Source of the DNA: Flaccisagitta enflata
Taxonomy: Eukaryota
Direction: 5' to 3'
DNA length: 64,000 bases
NCBI GenBank assembly: GCA_965153355.1
Contig: OZ231126.1
Location: forward strand, 682,001 to 746,000
The notes under the pieces are model-generated. The model did not search any database. It was not told the DNA's origin and saw nothing but the letters and a program-made list of their open reading frames with translations. Positions 13,974-27,135 of the stretch are shown here, in pieces (the stretch's first letter is position 1; each line of letters starts with the position of its first letter). The translations under genes and the position numbers were made by a program.

Positions 13974-14122
13974 GTAAGAATCTGATTTCAAATGACAAAT
14001 GTGACTTATATGAGTATGATTTGAGTCCCTGTTATTCATTTCATTTGATATTACCAAGATCTACCCTTGCTAACGATTTTTTTCCCGTTTTTTTTTCTTT
14101 TTACAATGAAACCCTCCTGCAG

Positions 14123-14206
14123 GCATTTTGCCAAAAAAGCAGCACATGAGTACACCATGAAAGATGTGGAAGAATTTGAGCGCAGAAATGCCATTGGAGC
14201 TGACAA
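14123..14206 (+). CDS. Astacin-like gene, exon 5 (HFAKKAAHEYTMKDVEEFERRNAIGAD), propeptide/mature junction
   Basis: ctgcag acceptor, gtaaga donor, phase 2 to 2. RR|NAI is the typical astacin maturation site. Confidence 0.8.
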
Positions 14207-14819
14207 GTAAGAAGAGGATGCTGTATTTACATATGTCAACGTGGTAGAGTCAGGAAAGACAACAAAAAAAGATGACAATGTATACACCAAAACAATAATG
14301 ACAATGAACCTTGAATTCAATAAGATACATGCATCTTAGAAGGATTTCTATTCATGCAATTCAATACATAAGGTATCAAGGAATTTCAGGAATTTGCCTC
14401 ATGAAATTACTTTTTTTTTCTAATAAGAACCCTATTCTAAAAGAACATCAAGGCTTGAAATCCTCCCAAAATTAAGAACATTGTATTTATTTCACTATTA
14501 GCTATCACTATCTCTCTTGAAGGCTTCAGCTAAAAATGATGTTCTTATAAGAAAACAAGGCCAACACCCTATAAGGGGCGTTCGAGACTTACATTCAAAA
14601 TGACTTAGAATGACTTAGAATGACTTAAAATAACTTTAAAAAAATGAAATTGATAAAAAAAGTAAGAGTGTGACGGACTGACCAACCGATGGACAAAGCG
14701 GGGTGCAGAGTCGCGTGCCCGCGACTAAAAACAAAGTGTCATTTTAGAAATAATACACGTTACATCTCAGTCATTGCATTTCAAAGAGATATTTAACCTG
14801 TTCATTTCATTTCAAGGTT

Positions 14820-15443
14820 TTCTCTTCATTTCTCTTCATATTTCTTCTTGACTCTTATGTTTCTTTTGTCTCTTACATCTCATTCGTCTCTTTTGTCTCT
14901 TTTGTCTCCTATGTCTCTTATGTCTCTTATGTCTCTTATGTCTCTTATATCTCTTTTTTCTCTTAGGTCTCTTAGGTCTCTTAGGTCTCTTATGTCTCTT
15001 ATGTCTCTTATGTCTCTTTTGTCTCTTTTGTCTCTTTGATCTCCTATATGTCTCCTAAGTCTCCTACATGTCTCATATGTCTCTTACGTCTCTTATATCT
15101 CTTATATCTCTTATATCTCTTACATCTCATATCTCTTACATCTCTTACGTCTCTTATGTCTCTTATGTCTCTTATGTCTCTTTTGTCTCCCTTATGTCTC
15201 TTTTGTCTCCCTTATGTCTCCTATGTGTCTCTTACATCTCTTATGTCTCTTATATCTCTTATATCTCTTATATCTCTTATATCTTTTATATCTCTTATAT
15301 CTCATACATCTCTTACATCTCTTATATCTCTTATGTCTCTTCATTTCTCTTCATGTCTCTATATGTCTCTATATGTCTCCTCATGTTTCCTCATGTCTCT
15401 TCATATCTCTCCATGTCTCTCCAAGTCCCTTCATGTCTCTTCG
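14820..15443. repeat. 9-bp satellite (TCTCTTATG/TCTCTTATA), followed by a G-rich tract at 15450-15585; related inverted array 27500-27670
   Basis: Directly visible. Confidence 0.92.
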
Positions 15444-16115
15444 TGAGATTGAGGCGGGGGGTGGGGAGGCGTGGGGAGGTGGAGGTGGGGAGGCAGGGGA
15501 GGGTGGGGAGGCGGGAGGTGGGGCGGGGGGAGGCGGGAGGGTGGGGGGAGGAGAGGCGTGAGGAGAGGTGGAGGGGGAGAGAGGAATCAGTTTATATTTT
15601 TCTCTTTATCTCTGAATCTTTATATTTTCATATTATTATATCTTAATATCTTAATAAATTGTATGATAATATCTTAAGTCTAAAGAGGACGCATCTATTG
15701 GACATCTCTTGGCCTTGTTTTCTTGTTCAAATGACTTTTCTTGCTGAAAATTCATCTTTTAGGATCTTGAGATCTCATAATTATACACGAATGGACAGAG
15801 AAATGATTCATTATTGATAAGACCATATAATTGGATCAACCTATTACTTCAAATCAATATCTACTCAATTTTGATAAGATTTAAAAGCCTAAACTCGTTT
15901 ATTTTTCATAAAAATCGCAATTTTACATGTACATGTAAAATTTGGTGATTTTCAAAACTATATAGAAGCTGAACTACTTGACTTGGAGTGCTGAAATTTT
16001 GCATGATAAAACCGGCAGTGATATGCTATGAGATAGAGTAGATCCAAAATATATGATGTGGATAGTTTTCAAACAATACATCTTTTGCTGGTTACAGCTG
16101 CTTCTGAAGACAGGG

Positions 16116-16344
16116 TAACGCTGCCTCTTGCAGTTGCATGCACACACATGTGACTTTTTTCTTTTAGGTTTCTTTGCAATGTAACGCCGCCTCTTGCAGT
16201 TGCATGCACACACATGTGACTTTTTTCTTTTAGGTTTTTTTGCAATATAACGCTGCTTCTTGCAGTTGCATGCACACACATGTGACTTTGTCCTTTTAGG
16301 TTTCTTTGCAATGTAACGCCGCCTCTTGCAGTTGCATGCACACG
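16116..16344. repeat. Tandem repeat, unit about 67 bp, about 3.4 copies
   Basis: TAACGC(C/T)GCCTCTTGCAGTTGCATGCACACACATGTGACTTT recurs. Confidence 0.9.
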
Positions 16345-16723
16345 CGCGTAATTTTGCATGAGTTGGGACACGCTTTAGGATTTGCCCATGAACAAAACAG
16401 GTAAAAATCGAGGATTGATAAACCTTTTTCTTTGTGATGCTTTTAGTATTGTGGTTGCTGATGACCTATGCTTTCGCAATTGACAAATATGGGGAAAATC
16501 CAACTTCTCGTTTCCCTTAACTGTTACCTCCGCCCCCCCCCTTCTACCCCTTGAGGCCATAATACTAGCCTGAGGCAGAAACCAAAGCCACAATGCCCAA
16601 ACTTAAACCTTGAAACTGAACTTTCTGCCTTGAGGCTAAACTTTCTGCTATGAGGCCAAAAATTGTATTCTCAAACATCCAAAAAATCACCATAATCCCC
16701 AAATGGAGTGGGGGGAGGTGATA

Positions 16724-17048
16724 CCCTATTTCCTGCAGTTATCCCCCCCCCCCCCGAAAAGGTTCTAGCAAAAGACAGCTCATGACAAAATTATATTTTC
16801 GGAAAAAATCATATAGAATTCATTGCAAAAAGTATTTTTTCGTTGCAAAAAAATATAAGAATGGTGTACAACACAAGAATATTCTTATTGTTTAGATGCT
16901 TGATTGCTTTGAACTGCAAAATATTTTTCAACAACAAGAGGTTTCATGTAAAATCATCTAAATATGAGTGAATGAGGGGGCGCGTTAAAAAGACAATATT
17001 TTATTCCAATTTCAAAAGCGCCCGGGGCACTAATAACAGGAAATACGG
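16724..17048. mobile_element. TA-flanked MITE, pogo/Tigger-like ends (related fragment from about 28483)
   Basis: CC(C/G)TATTTCCTG / CAGGAAATACGG inverted ends. Confidence 0.65.
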
Positions 17049-17605
17049 TACGGGCCATGATTTCTCCAGCTTTCAAAACTATGCATTGTCTTATGCTAGG
17101 CATGAAATTTTAAGCTAAAAATGCATAGCACCAGTGAAAAAAACGGATAAGTGAATGAGGGGCTGTCTTAACTTGCTGTGTGTAAGTGGACAATGCTTGG
17201 TTCAAAGTAAAACATACTGCGCTTTTGATTTTAAATGTGTACTAGTTTCATAAATTCCTCAACAATCAAGAGACCGCAGCTTGTTTTAAATCCTCTGCCG
17301 CTGCCCCTGACGCTGCCACTGCCAATGTTCATATGTTTTTTTGCGTTTTCTGCCTTGTGCCCCTAGAGGGCCGCTAAAACAGAGAGCAAGAGGAAGGCAG
17401 AAGAACAACTTTTGCTAGTGATTTCTTTGTAGATGATGACACGGGCACAGGCGCATGGTGATATTCGATATGACATGGTCAAATTGACATCTAAACCGAA
17501 AGTTAAGACAGCCTATGACCCCCCGATGTGGGCTAAATCCCGGAATTCCTGCTATATTGGATGCCTACTTATGCTCCCCTTTTGACACATTTCGACATTT
17601 TCCAG

Positions 17606-17768
17606 GGAAGATCGGGATGATTTCGTTAATGTTTACAAGAACAACGTGAAGACTCATCAAGGTCACAATTACGATAAAGTCAATGGTGGATATTTGGCCC
17701 CTTCCACGCCTTATGACTTCTTATCTATTATGCATTATGGCAAAGACGGTTTCGCCAAAACAGTCAAT
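17606..17768 (+). CDS. Astacin catalytic-domain exon (EDRDDFVNV...PYDFLSIMHYGKDGFAKTVN)
   Basis: DRD motif that normally follows the zinc signature, YD-x2-SIMHY Met-turn; ttccag acceptor, gtaaga donor, phase 2 to 0. Confidence 0.92.
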
Positions 17769-17815
17769 GTAAGATTACGTGGGGATATCAACACTCTTAT
17801 GCTTCAAATAGACTA

Positions 17816-18412
17816 CCACGCGTATCAAAAAAGAAAAAAAAGAAGCACCTGGTTATTTATTGATAGAACAGACAAAAAAAATTGTCAAAAAATTTTTTCA
17901 TTGAATGTATTTTGAAGATTTTCAAATTTTCTTTCAATCTAGACCAGTCCCAGGTCTGTATCTCAAACCGTTTACAAGTTACAGCCAGTCAAAGACAACT
18001 ACTATTTTGAGCACGTGACAAAATACAAAATCATGAAAAAAATTGTTTATTGTTTCTTTTTCTTATGAAATTACTTATGAAAAACTTTCAACCATTTTTT
18101 CAGTCAGAGGAATTTTCATTCTAGACCAATCCCAAGTCTGTATCTCAAACGGTTTAAAAGTTATAGCTCATCAAAGTGAAACACTGATTGTCTTGAATTC
18201 TTTTTTTCTTATGGAATTGTGAAAACGATTCTTGACTATTTTTACTCTTTTTTTTACTAGGCCCAAACGCCTTAAGATTAAGAACTTTTTCTTTTTGATT
18301 CTCAAAGCTTAAAAACTGGGCTTTTCAAAAGTGCAAAACATTTAACTTGAAAGCAAAGATTAAATGGCTAAAATGGTCATTTAAAAGTGCGTCTTTTTTT
18401 TTATTCGCGTGG
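17816..18412. mobile_element. TA-flanked MITE in an astacin intron
   Basis: CCACGCG...CGCGTGG ends with A/T tracts and GCAC/GTGC; TA flanks. Confidence 0.8.
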
Positions 18413-18773
18413 TACATGATAGATTTTTACGGACAGTGTTTTACATGGGACATCTTGGAATATCTAGACAGTCTGAAGAAACTAACTTTTGCCGCAAGGA
18501 TATTATTTGAAAGTTTTTGAGAATTGAAAATCATGAAAATTTCATATAAGTCCTTATTAGGGGCAATGGTTTTTGCACTGTTGTGACCTGGCAACCATTC
18601 CTGTAATTTTCTTGAACAAACTATCAGTGACAACTAACCATAGTGCGGCTTTGTAGGCTGATTTAGAGGGGGCAGATCTGATATTTTGATCTGAAATAAT
18701 GGTGGTGGTGATTGTGGTGGTGGTGATGGTGGTGGTGGTGGTGGTCAAAATCATGGTTTTGTTGTTTTTGCAG

Positions 18774-18868
18774 GGGAAAAAGTTGATTACGATGTTGCCT
18801 TTGGATAAATACGAATGCTACACGGACTTGATGGGAAAAGCAAGACATCTGTCTTATTATGATCACAA
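18774..18868 (+). CDS. Astacin C-terminal catalytic-domain exon ([31 protein letters not shown])
   Basis: Fits the astacin T-I-x-P...G-x-R-x-x-L-S-x-x-D pattern; tttgcag acceptor, gtgaga donor, phase 0 to 2. Confidence 0.88.
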
Positions 18869-18943
18869 GTGAGAGCTATTTTTTGTTTGTCTACGAAGAT
18901 AAAAGAATTGAACACAAACACACGCAAACGCACAGGCACACGC

Positions 18944-19026
<83 letters not shown>

Positions 19027-19169
19027 AACACAAACACACAAACACACAAACACACAAACACACAAACACAAACACAAACACAACCACAAACACAAACTCA
19101 CACACAAGCAATGGTAGTTAAAAAAAAGGATTCACATATATCAGCCTATTTGTATGCTTGTGTCTGCAG

Positions 19170-19417
19170 GTTAATGAACAAAATCTATCAATGTAACAAA
19201 GGCTGTGAATCAACACGATGTGGCAAAAATTGTTACGCCACCAAATCTGGAGAGAACAACAAATGTCACTGCGTCTGTTTGGACAACAGTAACAACCCTT
19301 GCCAAGGAGGATCTTGCTTCCAAGGAGATACTTACAACAATTGCGCGGAATTGAAAACCAAAAATCCTTCGCGGACATGCTCCAAATATGCCGAAGAATG
19401 CTGCGAAACATGCCAGG
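19170..19417 (+). CDS. Astacin-like gene exon: end of catalytic domain (LMNKIYQC), Cys-rich EGF-like module, ShKT/PLAC-like 6-Cys module
   Basis: Translation ...CFQGDTYNNCAELKTKNPSRTCSKYAEECCETCQ; ctgcag acceptor, G|gtgatt donor, phase 2 to 1. Confidence 0.88.
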
Positions 19418-20142
<725 letters not shown>

Positions 20143-20495
20143 AAAATAAGGTTGTGGTTGTTTTGATATTGTTAACCACAAAATGTGGTACGATTTATAT
20201 ATTAGAGGACCTCTCCATCTGTCCATACGAAAACAGGGCCAGATACACAGCAATCCAGTCGCGGACGGTTGGGCAGGAGCAGTAGGGCAAAAACCGCCCG
20301 CAATTCAAAAATGTTACGGACGGACCGACGGACCGACAGACCGACACGGCAAGGTCTAGAGTCGCGTATCCGCGACTAAAAATGTGTCTAATTCTCCATT
20401 CGCATGACTATGGACTAATACACTCATGAACAAGCTCAATCTCGCTCCACATCGCTTCTTTTTTGGGCCCGATGTTTATTCATTTGTACGACATT

Positions 20496-20752
20496 GAGGG
20501 GGCGTTTCTAGTCAGAAACAATCGCGTTTTGAATGGGCCACTCGGTCGCTCGCTACATTCGTTCGCTCGCACCGCTCACTCCACTCACTCACTCCGCAGC
20601 GCTCTGCTTCGCTACGCTTGCTTTGCTCGCTCACTCACTTTGCTCACTCCCTCATGGGACAGTTGAAATTCAAGAATATCTGTACACGCGCGCTGTGATC
20701 GCGTTTCACGGGAACAAACGCGTTTATTGGTCATCACTAGAAACACGCCCTG
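20496..20752. mobile_element. Small TIR element with GCTCACTC-type repeats (partial inverted relative at about 12135-12300)
   Basis: GGGCG-TTTCTAGT / ACTAGAAAC-ACGCCC inverted ends. Confidence 0.55.
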
Positions 20753-20795
20753 AGAGTAGATGATTTTGTGTTCATGCCATTACGCGATGTCGATG

Positions 20796-22909
20796 AACAA
20801 GGCCAACACCTATAAGTCGCGTGCAGGACAAAAATAACTGAACTGACCTGACTCCTTATTGTATCTTTTTATCGAAAATCAGACTTAAAAGCAACCCAAA
20901 CCAGACCCAAACCAGACTCAAACCAGACTCAAACCAGACTCAAACCAGACTCAAACCGGAATCAAACCAGACCGAAACCAGACCTAAATCAGACATAAAC
21001 CAGACATAAACCAGATTTAAGCCAGACTCAAACCAGACTCAAACCAGACTCAAACCAGACTCAAACCAGACTCAAACCAGACTCAAACCAGACTCAAACC
21101 AGACTCAAACCAGACTCAAACCAGACTCAAACCAGACTCAAACCAGATTCAAACCAGACTTAAACCAGACCGAAACCAGGCTCAAACCAGGCTCAAACTA
21201 GAATCAAACCAGACTCAAACCAGACTCAAACCAGACTCAAACCAGACTCAAACCAGACTCAAACCAGACTCAAACCAGACTCAAACAAGAATTAAACCAG
21301 ACCAAAACCAGACCAAAACCAGACCAAAACCAGACCTAAATCAGACCTAAATCAGACCTAAATCAAACAAAAACCAGACACAAACCAGACATACACCAGA
21401 CCTAACCCAGACCTAAACCAGACATAAATCAGACATGAACCAGTCTTAAACCAGACTTAAACCAGACTTAAACCAGACTTAAACCATACTTAAACCAGAC
21501 TTAAACCAGACTTAAACCATACTTATCTTCAATATCATTTTAACCAGCAGACTTAAACCAGCAGACTTAAACCATTAGACCTGCAGACTTAAACCATTAG
21601 ATTTAAACCAGCAGACTTCAACCAGCAGACTTTAACCAGCAGACTTTAACCAGCAGACTTTAACCAGCAGACTTTAATCAAAATGACCAAAAATGACCAA
21701 AAATGACCAAAAATGACCAAACTGACCAAAATGACCAAAGATGACCAAAGATGACCAAAGATGACCAAAGATGACCAAAAATGACCAAGAATGACCAATG
21801 TGGCCAAAATGACCAAAAATGATCAAAAATGACCAAAAATGACCAAAAATGACCAAAATGACCAAAATGACCAAAAATGACCAAAAATGAACAAAAATGT
21901 CCAAAAACGACCAAAAATGACCAAAAATGACCAAAAATAACCAAAAATGACCAAAAATGACCAAAAATGACAAAAATGACCAAAATGACCAAAACGACCA
22001 AAAATGACCAAAAATGACCAAAAATGACCAAAAATGACCAAAAATGATTAAAGTGACCTTAAATGACCTTAAATGACCTCAAATGACCTGAAAAATCCAA
22101 AAATGACCAAAAATGACCAAAAATGACCAAAAATGACCAATAATGACAAAAAATGACACAAAATGACCCAAAATGACCCAAGATGACCCAAAATGACCAA
22201 AAATGATCAAAAATGACCAAAATTGATCAAAAATGACCAAAATGACCAATATGACCAAAATGCCCAAAAATGATCAAAAAAGACCAAAAATGACAAAAAA
22301 TGATCAAAAATAGCCAGAAATGTCCAAAAATGACACAAAATGACCCAAAACGACCCAAAATGACCCAAAATGACCAAAAATGACCAAAAATGATCAAATA
22401 TGACCAAAAATGACCAATAATGACCGAAAATGACAAAAAAATGATCAAAAATAACCAGAAATGACCCAAAAAGACCCTAAATGATCAAAAATGATCAAAA
22501 ATGATCAAAAATGACCAAAAATGACCAAAATGACCAAAATGGCCAAAATGACAAAAATGATCAAAATGACCAAAAATGATCAAAAATGATTAAATATGAT
22601 TAGAAATGATTAAAAATGATTATGAATGATCACAAACGACCAAAAATGACCAAAAAAATGACCAAAATGACCAAAATGACCAAAATGACCAAAATGACCA
22701 AAATGACCAAAATGACCATAATTGACCAAAAATGACTAAAAGCAACCAAAAATGACGAAAAATGACTAAAAGTAACCAAAAATGACCAAAAACGACACAA
22801 AAAAGCAAAGTGTTACCGACGGACCGACCGACGGACCGACCGACCGACCGACGGACCAACCGACCGACGGACAGAGCGGGTTGTAGAGTCGCGTGCACGC
22901 GACTAAAAA
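20796..22909 (-). mobile_element. Family A element with a 1.9-kb composite internal satellite: (AAACCAGACTC)n, (TTAACCAGCAGACT)n, (AAAATGACC)n
   Basis: Both family A termini bracket the arrays (AACAAGGCCAACACCTATAAGTCGCGTG ... AGTCGCGTGCACGCGACTAAAAA). Confidence 0.85.
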
Positions 22910-22960
22910 GATGGTTGTATGCTATGATTATCTTTAGCACTTACGAAAACTGATACCCAG

Positions 22961-23057
22961 GTTACAAAGTGGATCCGGAATGTCCCATCGGAGACGACTT
23001 TAACAACTGTGCGCAATTGTTTAAAGAAAATCCAGATCATACTTGTTCTGTTAACAG
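22961..23057 (+). CDS. Astacin-like gene exon: second ShKT/PLAC-like module, first half (YKVDPECPIGDDFNNCAQLFKENPDHTCSVN)
   Basis: Clear internal paralog of the previous module (C-x2-GD-x2-NNCA-x-L-x3-NP-x2-TCS); cccag acceptor, gtatgg donor, phase 1 to 2. The following exon was not found. Confidence 0.85.
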
Positions 23058-23170
23058 GTATGGATGACTTTAAATGACATAACAAGATTCCAGATCACAC
23101 TTGTTCTGTTAACAGGTATGAATGACTTTAAATGACATAACAACATTCCACATCACACTTGTTTTGTCAA
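23028..23170. repeat. Tandem duplication of about 58 bp spanning the exon donor site (2 full copies plus 1 partial)
   Basis: CCAGATCA(T/C)ACTTGTTCTGTTAACAGGTATG(G/A)ATGACTTTAAATGACATAACAA repeated. Confidence 0.9.
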
Positions 23171-23326
23171 GACATAACATGAGATACAACAGGCTGGTCA
23201 CGGATTCTCAGTGAGCAAGCGAGGCTGGCGTGAGAAAATGTATCTGATACGTCATGATTTGGCAAGGCTTGATATGAGATGAGATGACATAACATGTCAT
23301 TATACGGCATTGAAGGTTGATGAAAG

Positions 23327-23874
23327 CAGGCCTTTGTATACTTGAGTTACCCCCCCCCTCCGGTGGGGGGGGGGGAAATCAAAGGGTTTGGAGATGGGGA
23401 AGAAAATCAAAGAGGGTAAAAAGAAAAAAAAAAAGAAAATTGGGGGAAAATACAACTTTTGGCAGTACCAAATCAGAAATACTGATTAGAACAAGGCCGG
23501 ATACACGGCTACCCCAGTCGCGTGCGGGTGGGCAGGGGCCATATTTGAGGTCAGTGGAGTATTTGGGCAGGAGCGTTTTAGCCAAAAACCCCATAAACGG
23601 CAAAAAAGTAAAGTGTTTACGGATCGACGGACCGACGGACCGACGGACCGACGGACCGACGGACGGACCGACGTACCGACAAAGCGAGGTGTAGAGTCGC
23701 GTAGCACGCGACTAAAAATACAATTCAACACCATTCAAACCTTAACTACACTGTTTGACTGCCTTATGGGGAAGAAAATAATAGATTTTGGAATGCGAGG
23801 CAACGCATTGCGGGGAAGAAAATCAAAGGCAGGGGGGGGGGGAATCAAAAGCGACTCAAGAATATACACCCCTG
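23327..23874. mobile_element. hAT-type MITE containing a nested Helentron-like element (23489-23718)
   Basis: Imperfect CAGG...CTTGAGT TIRs; near-perfect 8-bp TSD GATGAAAG/GACGAAAG. Confidence 0.75.
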
Positions 23875-24642
23875 GACGAAAGTAGAGAGGCCGACAAGAC
23901 ATGTCGTGCCCAAAACAAAGCTTTATCCACTAATTGATGTCCATTCCAAGCCGCTTAACCTAAATTGAACCCTGAATGTGGTTTCCAATTGTTTTAAAAG
24001 CTATTCAGCGGCTTATTTTTGAGCATATATAGTAATTGAAAGCTTTCTAGGCACCTCGACAGTACATTTATCAGAATGTTTTTTTTTGTGCAAAATCTCT
24101 TTCAAATGAGCCATTGCAGAACTCTCAATTCAACCAGGATCTATCGTTAGGTTTAAGCTTGCATTGAATTACCATTGCAATCTATACTTTACAGGGTGTT
24201 TCGCATCAAATGAAATATAAGAAAACGATGTCATTTTGCTTCTAGAAATGAGAAAGCAGTTCTTGAAAAGATTCAAAGAGCTCAAAGGCTCAAAGGCCAC
24301 AATTGCACAACAATGATTTGAAGTAAAATTGAATATTTACAGCCATTACTTTTTTTGTCTCAGACATTTTTCTTTAAATTGTTCTCATTTCTAAATGGCA
24401 TAACTTACAGATCCCAGATTGATCTCAATTTAAAGAAATTGAAATTTTCTTTCATTTGAGTTCAATTTGGCATCGGTAGCTCAAACCGTTTGGACGTGAG
24501 TGTAATTTAAAGAAAAACTTCCAAGACAGAAAAAACATTGACTGTAAAAGTTCGTTTTACTTCAAATCTATATTGTGGTCAAACTATTTAACTTAAACCA
24601 ATGAAATTTTTACATGAAAAATCAGAGCTTAAGAGCTTTTTG

Positions 24643-24652
24643 NNNNNNNNNN
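24643..24652. other. Assembly gap (10 N)
   Basis: Run of n characters. Confidence 1.
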
Positions 24653-26065
24653 CAAACCAGACTTAAACCAGACTTAAACCAGGCTCAAACCAGGCACAAA
24701 CCAGGCTCAAACCATAATCAAACCAGACTCAAACCAGACTCAAGCCAGACTCAAACAAGACTCAAGCCAGACTCAAACCAGACTCAACCAGATTCAAACC
24801 AGACTCAAACCAGACTCAAACCAGACTCAAGCCAGACTCAAGCCAGAATTAAGCCAAATTAAACCAAAAAAACCAGACCAAAACCTGACCGAAACCAGGC
24901 CTAAATCAGACCTAAATCAAACATAAACCAGACAAAAACCAGACATCAGACCTAAACCAGACCTAACAGACCTGAACCAGACCTAAATCAGACATGAACC
25001 AGTCTTAAACCAGACTTAAACCAGACTTAAACCAGACTTAAACCAGACTTAAACCAGACTTAAACCAACTTAAACCATACTTATCTTTAATATCATTTTT
25101 AAGCAGACTTAAACCAGCAGACTTAAACCATTAGACCAGCAGATTTAAACCATTAGATTTAAACCAGCAGACTTAAACAGATTTAAACCAGCAGACTTTA
25201 ACCAGACTTAACCATTCAATCTAAACCAGCAGACAAAGCAGTTTAAACCAGCAGATTTAAACCAGCAGACTTTAACCATCAGACTTTACCCAGCAGACTT
25301 TAACCAGCAGACTTTAACCAGCAGACTTTAACCAGCAGACTTTAACCAAAAATGACCAAAAAAGACCAAAATGACCAAAATGATCAAAAATGACCAAAAA
25401 AAACCAAAATGACCAAAATGACCAAAGATGACCAAAGATGACCAAAGATGACCAAATGAAAATTAACAAAAATAAAATGACCAAATTGCCAAAAAATGAC
25501 CAAATTGACAAAAAATGATCAAAAATGATCAAAAATGACCAAAAATGACCAAAAATGACCAAAATGACCTAAAATGACCAAAAATGACCAAAATGACCTA
25601 AAATGACCAAAATGACCAAAATGACCAAAAATGACCAAAAATGATCAAAATACCCAAAAATGACCAAAAATGACCAAAAATGACCAAAAATGATCAAAAA
25701 TGATCAAAAATGGCCAAAAATGACCAAAATGACCAAAATGACTAAAAATGACCAAAAATAATAATCAAAAATAATCAAAAATGACCAAAAATGACCAAAA
25801 ATGATCCAATATGACCAAAAATGACCAAAATGACCAAAATGACCAAAATGACCAAAATGACCAAAATGACCAAAAATGGCCAAAAATGACCAAAAATAAC
25901 CAAAAATGACTAAAAGCAACCAATAATTCCCAAAAACAACAAAAAAATGACTCAAAATAACTCCAGACGACCCAAAAATACGAAAAAAGCTAAGTGTGAC
26001 CGACAGACCGACAGACCGACAGACGGACAGAGTGGGTCATAGAGTCGCGTGCACGCGACTAAAAA
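24653..26065 (-). mobile_element. Second copy of the satellite-bearing family A element, cut by the assembly gap
   Basis: Same order of three arrays, same linker CATACTTATCTT(C/T)AATATCATTTT, same terminus. Confidence 0.85.
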
Positions 26066-27075
26066 TGGGGATAGTCTTTTAAGGGGGATAAATTCAGAAT
26101 TGGGTAGACTATCGGATTGGTTTGTACACAATAAGCTTACTTTAAACTATGATAAAACTGAATTTTTAGATTTCAGCAAACCTAAGAAAAACCTAACCAG
26201 GGCTGGGTGGGATATTAGAATAGATGGTAAGCCGATACGTGAAGTCAAAAATTCAAAGTTCCTAGGGGTTTTTATTGATAAGGAGATCTCCTGGTGGGTT
26301 CATATTGGTAAGATTGTGTCAAAGATAAGTCAAACAGTAGGAATAATTGCACGAGCCAGGGGATTCATGGACAGACCCCAACTTTTTCTTTTCTATAATA
26401 CAATGGTCCTGCCCCATCTTCAGTACTGTTTGATTAACTGGGGAAACTTTAAGGGGGATAGAAACATTGGGTTAAGGGATCGGATACTGACCCTTCAGAA
26501 AAGTTTGGTGAGAATCATGTGTGGTGCTGGCCGGATCTCCCATGCGGACCCACTTTTCGCCAAATTGGCGACTCTCAAGATAGATGATCTATTTGCTCAG
26601 AGTGTGAGGATTTTTTCTTATAAGTTATCCAAGGGTATGCTACCAGGTTTGATGGCCTCTATGATAAGTAAGGCAGATCATAATTACTCAACTAGAGGGG
26701 CAAGAAGTAACTTTTTTGTTAGCCATTCAGATAATAGATCGATAAAAAACATTGCCCCCAGATATTGGAATTCTCTTTCTTCAACGTTAAAGGAATCTGT
26801 TAGTATTGCAACTTTCAAAGAGAAGTCTAAGTCGGACTTACTAATGCCGTATCTCAACTTTACCTGCAACGCTCGAAATTGCCGTTCATGTGCCTCTTCA
26901 CGATAGACCATATTTTGCTCACTAATACCCTTCCGGTGATTTGAACTTTAATTCCCTCTACAACATTTTGCCAATAGTCACCATGGATTAGGTATCGCGT
27001 TATCTCTGGATACATTCTTACTCTCGTTTTCATAATCGCTCTCACAAAAATGGGGTTTATGATGGATTTTTCTTA
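26066..27075 (+). mobile_element. 5'-truncated non-LTR retrotransposon (CR1/L2/Crack-like); C-terminal ORF2 to the stop at 26906 plus probable 3' UTR
   Basis: WF-x2-NKL-x-LN-x2-KT, KFLGV-x-ID-x3-W-x2-H, LFY...P-x-L-x-YC-x3-WG, LQK-x3-R, H-x-Y-x-TR and WNSL motifs. The 3' boundary is approximate. Confidence 0.9.
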
Positions 27076-27080
27076 TTAAG

Positions 27081-27135
<55 letters not shown>

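Noticed and set aside
17433-17585. Open frame after a ttgtag acceptor, just upstream of the astacin DRD exon
   Set aside because: No zinc motif, ends in TGA, and gives an immediate stop in phase 2.
21674-22940. FGHFWSFLVI-repeat ORFs (also 25314-25955)
   Set aside because: Translations of the AAAATGACC satellite.
26049-26065. Start of the 285-aa ORF (MHATKN)
   Set aside because: Contributed by the adjacent Helentron-like terminus; the ORF is a 5'-truncated LINE fragment, not a gene.
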